From a virus (Duplodnaviria > Caudoviricetes): a DNA stretch of 36,943 nt. The position numbers and the translations under genes were made by a program. This document shows positions 33,783 to 36,943 of this stretch, piece by piece. The DNA lies in the IMG/VR virus record IMGVR_UViG_3300002092_000016, positions 1 to 36,943 of that record; one strand, 5' to 3'. Each line of letters begins with the position of its first letter. Position 1 is the stretch's first letter. The notes beneath the pieces are model-generated. The model did no database searches. It had not been told where the DNA came from and saw only the letters and a list, made by a program, of their open reading frames with translations.

Positions 33783-35149
33783 CAGTTGCCCTTAAACCCC
33801 ATCTTGGCATGAGTGGGTCTCTGCACTTGATACCCGTAGTTGATCCGTGTGGGCATCTGACTCCGGTCAATGACTGCCCCTGCCTTGATTGCTTGGAAAG
33901 CAATGGAAAATGCATCACTGGCATGGGAGGAATGGTCATGCACTGGCACCTGCTTGATGGTGATGCCGTCACTTTCTTCTTTGGAGTGGTAGAGATCCAA
34001 GGCATCCAGACCCAGTTGGCAGGTGTCCTCCTTGAAACTCACCCGTGGAAAGGCATCAAGTGCTAGATTGATACCGTCCCAGACGGAATTTTGCCTCTGG
34101 ACTGCCACCACATTGGTAAGTCCTGCCGTCTGTAAGTTGGGTTGCCAGAGAGAACCATTGATGGCAGCAGCATCGTGGGGAAGGAAGTGAGACGCATACC
34201 TGTAGGGACGATCTAAGAGACGTTTGACCCAGTCTGCTGGGGTGGAGCAGTCGGCATCACCGAATAACGACTCAAGGAAGACAATCCGGTCACCGAGGAT
34301 TTGCCACAACCACACCCTGACATTGAGGGGGGCACCCACGTCCCACGAGGAGTAGACCGGAGATTCCTTGTGCCATTGGATATTATTGGAGATCCGTGAC
34401 TGCACCCGTGCATCCTCCAGCACCCGTGAATAGATACTCCCTGCCCTTCCTACGGAAAAGTTGCACTCAAATTCTTGGGCATAGACCCGTTCCGGTGTCC
34501 CTGCCTTGATCGAGGCCAACTCCTCCGGTGGGATCAGGTTGCTCTCAGATGCTCTGAGGATCATCGTGAACCACTCAGGATCATCCAGTGCATCCTTCCA
34601 GAGTCTCCAGAACCCGTTACGACCTGCTGGAGTTCCGATGAAGGTGGCTCGGCCTTGATAGTCTGCCAGTGCAGGACGGATGACTGCCAACCATGCCTGT
34701 GGGTCAAGGTTCGCATACTCATCCAACACCACGTAATCAAAATAAAGACCCCTCATGCGTTCGTAGGAATCACCCGAATAGAGTCGGATCATGGCACCGT
34801 TGTTGAGGGTCACCATGAGATCCTGCTCGTTGATCTTCACTTCCGGTAAGTCACTCACAAATCGCTTCAGCATTGCCCATGCAATGTCCTTGGATTGATC
34901 CCGTGTGGGGGCAATGTAGGCATACCTCCGTGGAGGGTTCACCCGTGTATCGGTATGTGCCTTTTGGAGGAGGTCTTGGATGCAGGCAACGGTCTTCCCT
35001 GCCCTCCGGTGGCACACAAGACATGCCCATCGTTGTTTCCGTTCTAAAAAGGGACGGAATTGCCTCCGTGGTCGTGCCACAAGCACCACCTCCTGCTCAG
35101 TTTCTGGAGGGAGTGGGTTCACACGTAATGCACAACTCGGTTGCTGCAT
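33782..35149 (-). CDS. terL: Terminase large subunit
   Basis: CHRRAGKT Walker A, YIAPT, RGLYFDYVVLDEY Walker B, IGTPAG, QEFEC, WDVG, HDHSSHASDAF; true start may be GTG 35122 or later. Confidence 0.95.
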   Translation of the reverse strand: MQQPSCALRVNPLPPETEQEVVLVARPRRQFRPFLERKQRWACLVCHRRAGKTVACIQDLLQKAHTDTRVNPPRRYAYIAPTRDQSKDIAWAMLKRFVSDLPEVKINEQDLMVTLNNGAMIRLYSGDSYERMRGLYFDYVVLDEYANLDPQAWLAVIRPALADYQGRATFIGTPAGRNGFWRLWKDALDDPEWFTMILRASESNLIPPEELASIKAGTPERVYAQEFECNFSVGRAGSIYSRVLEDARVQSRISNNIQWHKESPVYSSWDVGAPLNVRVWLWQILGDRIVFLESLFGDADCSTPADWVKRLLDRPYRYASHFLPHDAAAINGSLWQPNLQTAGLTNVVAVQRQNSVWDGINLALDAFPRVSFKEDTCQLGLDALDLYHSKEESDGITIKQVPVHDHSSHASDAFSIAFQAIKAGAVIDRSQMPTRINYGYQVQRPTHAKMGFKGN

Positions 35150-35240
35150 CCACCGGAGCTTTCTTGAGGCACTTTTTGCAGGTGGGAAGGGTCACCACGT
35201 TCCCAAATCCGATCTGCTTGACCATGACCTTGGTCTTCAA
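35097..35240 (-). CDS. 47-aa CxxC...CxxC protein (absent from ORF track)
   Basis: TTGA-coupled to the TerS stop; MKTKVMVKQIGFGNVVTLPTCKKCLKKAPVDAATELCITCEPTPSRN*. Confidence 0.6.
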   Translation of the reverse strand: MKTKVMVKQIGFGNVVTLPTCKKCLKKAPVDAATELCITCEPTPSRN

Positions 35241-35728
35241 TTCACGTCCCCCCCGATTTCAAAGACCACCTTGGTCTTGCCAGTATGCTCAACCTCAACC
35301 CGATCCCCATATTTCTTGGGGGCAAGTTTTCCCATGACCCACTTGAGGGTGTCCACCCGTAGTCTCGACCTCTGAACATGCTCGGCATTGAGCACGATCC
35401 GGTCTTGTCCGTTTCTCTCGGCCTCCAGAACCTCCCAGTCATTGCGTCCATCGTGGGCAATGTCCTTGATTTGCTCCAAAAGGGCATCTGCTTGCTTCAC
35501 CCGTGCACGTGCGTAGTGCTCCCGAAAAAGTGTATTCTCAGGAGCATCCAACCACCGATAGATCATTGATTGGCTAGGCATGTGCTCAAGAAGGGTTATG
35601 TGACGGATCGATTCCCCATCGGCAACCCTCTGGCAAATCTCCAAAGCAATCTCGTCCGAGTAAGAAGACGGTCTTCCGAGCTTCTTTTCACTCAGGACAA
35701 GTGCCGTGGATGCCTTCTTTGTAGCCAT
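35237..35728 (-). CDS. terS: Terminase small subunit (Sf6-like HTH)
   Basis: GRPSSYSDEIALEIC...GES...MPS...RWL...RSRLRVDTLKW...KLAPKKYGD. Confidence 0.9.
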   Translation of the reverse strand: MATKKASTALVLSEKKLGRPSSYSDEIALEICQRVADGESIRHITLLEHMPSQSMIYRWLDAPENTLFREHYARARVKQADALLEQIKDIAHDGRNDWEVLEAERNGQDRIVLNAEHVQRSRLRVDTLKWVMGKLAPKKYGDRVEVEHTGKTKVVFEIGGDVN

Positions 35729-35940
35729 TACTTGGTCAACTCGGTGATTTCTCGGTCAATGAACCATCGTGCCTTTTTGAGGTCTTCAATCTCTGTTTCT
35801 CCATCACCTTTTTTCCCTGCACGGTAGATGTACTTGATAGCTGCCCCCCGTGTGAACGGGAGGTGCCCTATCATGTCAATGAGCTCGATGCCACGGGGAT
35901 TATCCGTGTAGTGGGAGGGATGGTTGACCGGATCGCTCAT
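35728..35940 (-). CDS. DUF3310 protein (T7 gp1.7 nucleotide-kinase-like family)
   Basis: DPVNHPSHY...IKYIYRAGKK...EDLKKARWF; alternative start at 35982. Confidence 0.85.
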   Translation of the reverse strand: MSDPVNHPSHYTDNPRGIELIDMIGHLPFTRGAAIKYIYRAGKKGDGETEIEDLKKARWFIDREITELTK

Positions 35941-35978
35941 GGTCGGTGGTTGTGGCGGTAGTCCGTAATACGTCCACA

Positions 35979-36308
35979 TCAAAACGGAATATCGTCGCCC
36001 TCGGTGGATAGTGGGTGTGGTTCCACCGTCCTCTGGGGTGCGTATCCGTTGCCCTTATCCACAGTGTGCTGGGACATTTGGGGTCTACCGGCACCCAGAG
36101 TCTTCCAGTTGCCCAAGATCGGCAGCTTCATACCGGATGCCCTTTCATCCTTGGAAAGGGATTGGGTGAGGAACCCCTCGTTACCATGCTCATCGACCCT
36201 GTCAAAGGTCACCAGATCAAGGAACATTGCCTGTTCACCGTTCTTACGGGTGACGGATTTGAGACGGGATTTGTCAATTTTGAGAACGTCGATTTGTAGG
36301 GATAACAT
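35979..36308 (-). CDS. Putative ssDNA-binding protein
   Basis: IDVLKIDKSRL...FLDL...PILGN core with SSB-type DDIPF tail. Confidence 0.7.
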   Translation of the reverse strand: MLSLQIDVLKIDKSRLKSVTRKNGEQAMFLDLVTFDRVDEHGNEGFLTQSLSKDERASGMKLPILGNWKTLGAGRPQMSQHTVDKGNGYAPQRTVEPHPLSTEGDDIPF

Positions 36309-36478
36309 TAGTTGTAGGTGGTTATGGTTCTGGTTGCTTTCTTGAGCCTGACCTCTCCGTAGGGAGGTCGGTCAGACTTGAGATTGGGAAAGTTGTTACG
36401 GAAGACAGTAAAGTTGTCTCGACGGGCATCTCCTTTGCCGACTCGTTTCTCGGAGTGTTGTGTTCTTAAAACAGACAT
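36308..36478 (-). CDS. 56-aa basic protein (absent from ORF track)
   Basis: MSVLRTQHSEKRVGKGDARRDNF...TYN*; TAATG-coupled; first gene after the leftward promoter. Confidence 0.65.
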   Translation of the reverse strand: MSVLRTQHSEKRVGKGDARRDNFTVFRNNFPNLKSDRPPYGEVRLKKATRTITTYN

Positions 36479-36499
36479 AGTTGCCTTGGAAGTGGGGGG

Positions 36500-36549
36500 A
36501 TGGTATCGGGGTGTCTATATTTGTGGCAAGCAGATTCGTATATACACCC
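36500..36549 (-). promoter_or_regulatory. Leftward promoter with two inverted operator half-sites
   Basis: TTGCCA-18 bp-TACCAT (36529 to 36500); GGTGTCTATA at 36510 and TATATACACC at 36539. Confidence 0.65.
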
Positions 36550-36640
36550 ACGGCTAAATTTTATGCCTTCTCCTTGGTATCCCTACAACCAGTGTTCATG
36601 TGCCTCTACAAACTTTCTTTGCCTACTTGAAAATACATCG

Positions 36641-36669
36641 TTGACAAAGAATCAAGATGTTGATAGAGT
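36641..36669 (+). promoter_or_regulatory. Rightward early sigma70 promoter
   Basis: TTGACA-17 bp-TAGAGT with extended TG. Confidence 0.75.
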
Positions 36670-36715
36670 GCTTGTAGATGAGGCAATCATGCCGAGTCAC
36701 AACCAACATAACCAC

Positions 36716-36910
36716 ATGACAAACAAGTTCGAAGCACCACAAGCAGTTCTTTCCGATGACGGCACCCAAGTTGCAAGTTGGGTGGTATGGTATCTCCATG
36801 AAAAAGCAAAAATTGAACAGGTACTAGGTGACTGCAATCGTGCGGCAGTTTTGAAAAAACTAGCAGAGACGTTAGACCTCAAGTTTTATGCTGCAAGGCA
36901 CATTTCCTAA
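36716..36910 (+). CDS. First early hypothetical protein (64 aa)
   Basis: ATG 36716 after a CACAACCAACATAACCAC leader, downstream of the promoter. Confidence 0.7.
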   Translation: MTNKFEAPQAVLSDDGTQVASWVVWYLHEKAKIEQVLGDCNRAAVLKKLAETLDLKFYAARHIS

Positions 36911-36943
36911 CCCCCAACCGACCACGACCATGACCACCACCAC
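36860..36943 (+). repeat. Terminal direct repeat, right copy
   Basis: Identical to bases 1-84. Confidence 0.95.

Larger units (their letters stand above)
1..36859. mobile_element. Complete temperate podovirus-type bacteriophage genome (circular assembly)
   Basis: Terminase, portal, capsid, tail tubes, ejection proteins, lysis, integrase with attP and replication genes all present; ends overlap; no host housekeeping genes. Confidence 0.95.

Noticed and set aside
13284-35827. Many long plus-strand ORFs (e.g. 19647-20411, 21591-22253)
   Set aside because: Antisense shadows of well-supported minus-strand genes with no recognisable motifs.
36340-36380. GACCTC hairpin as terminator or ncRNA
   Set aside because: No U-tract, and it lies inside the 56-aa ORF.

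Overview
The window is an apparently complete ~36.86 kb temperate podovirus genome, assembled as a circle (bases 1-84 are repeated exactly at 36860-36943). Nearly all genes are on the minus strand: packaging/head (TerS, TerL, portal, scaffold, capsid), T7/BPP-1-like tail tubes, three ejection proteins, tail fibres, lysis, attP (3' end of a tRNA-Ser) with a tyrosine integrase, RHH regulator and excisionase, ERF/Cas4-like recombination genes, and lambda-like replication (YdaU/DUF1376 initiator with internal iterons, DnaC-like loader). A short plus-strand early operon spans the assembly junction. The host is inferred to be PVC-group (likely Verrucomicrobia). Most notable: (1) a 2785-aa injected polyvalent protein with a zincin peptidase followed by AT-rich effector cassettes bounded by FQ[KR][DN] junctions, one flanked by an exact in-frame 14-bp direct repeat; (2) about 15 GGTGT-N4-ACACC operator-like sites in promoter spacers and near gene 5' ends, in a phage with no cI-type repressor; (3) a two-state structured leader on the capsid gene; (4) an inverted-topology spanin-like pair. 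All family calls are motif recognition by eye; no database searches were run.
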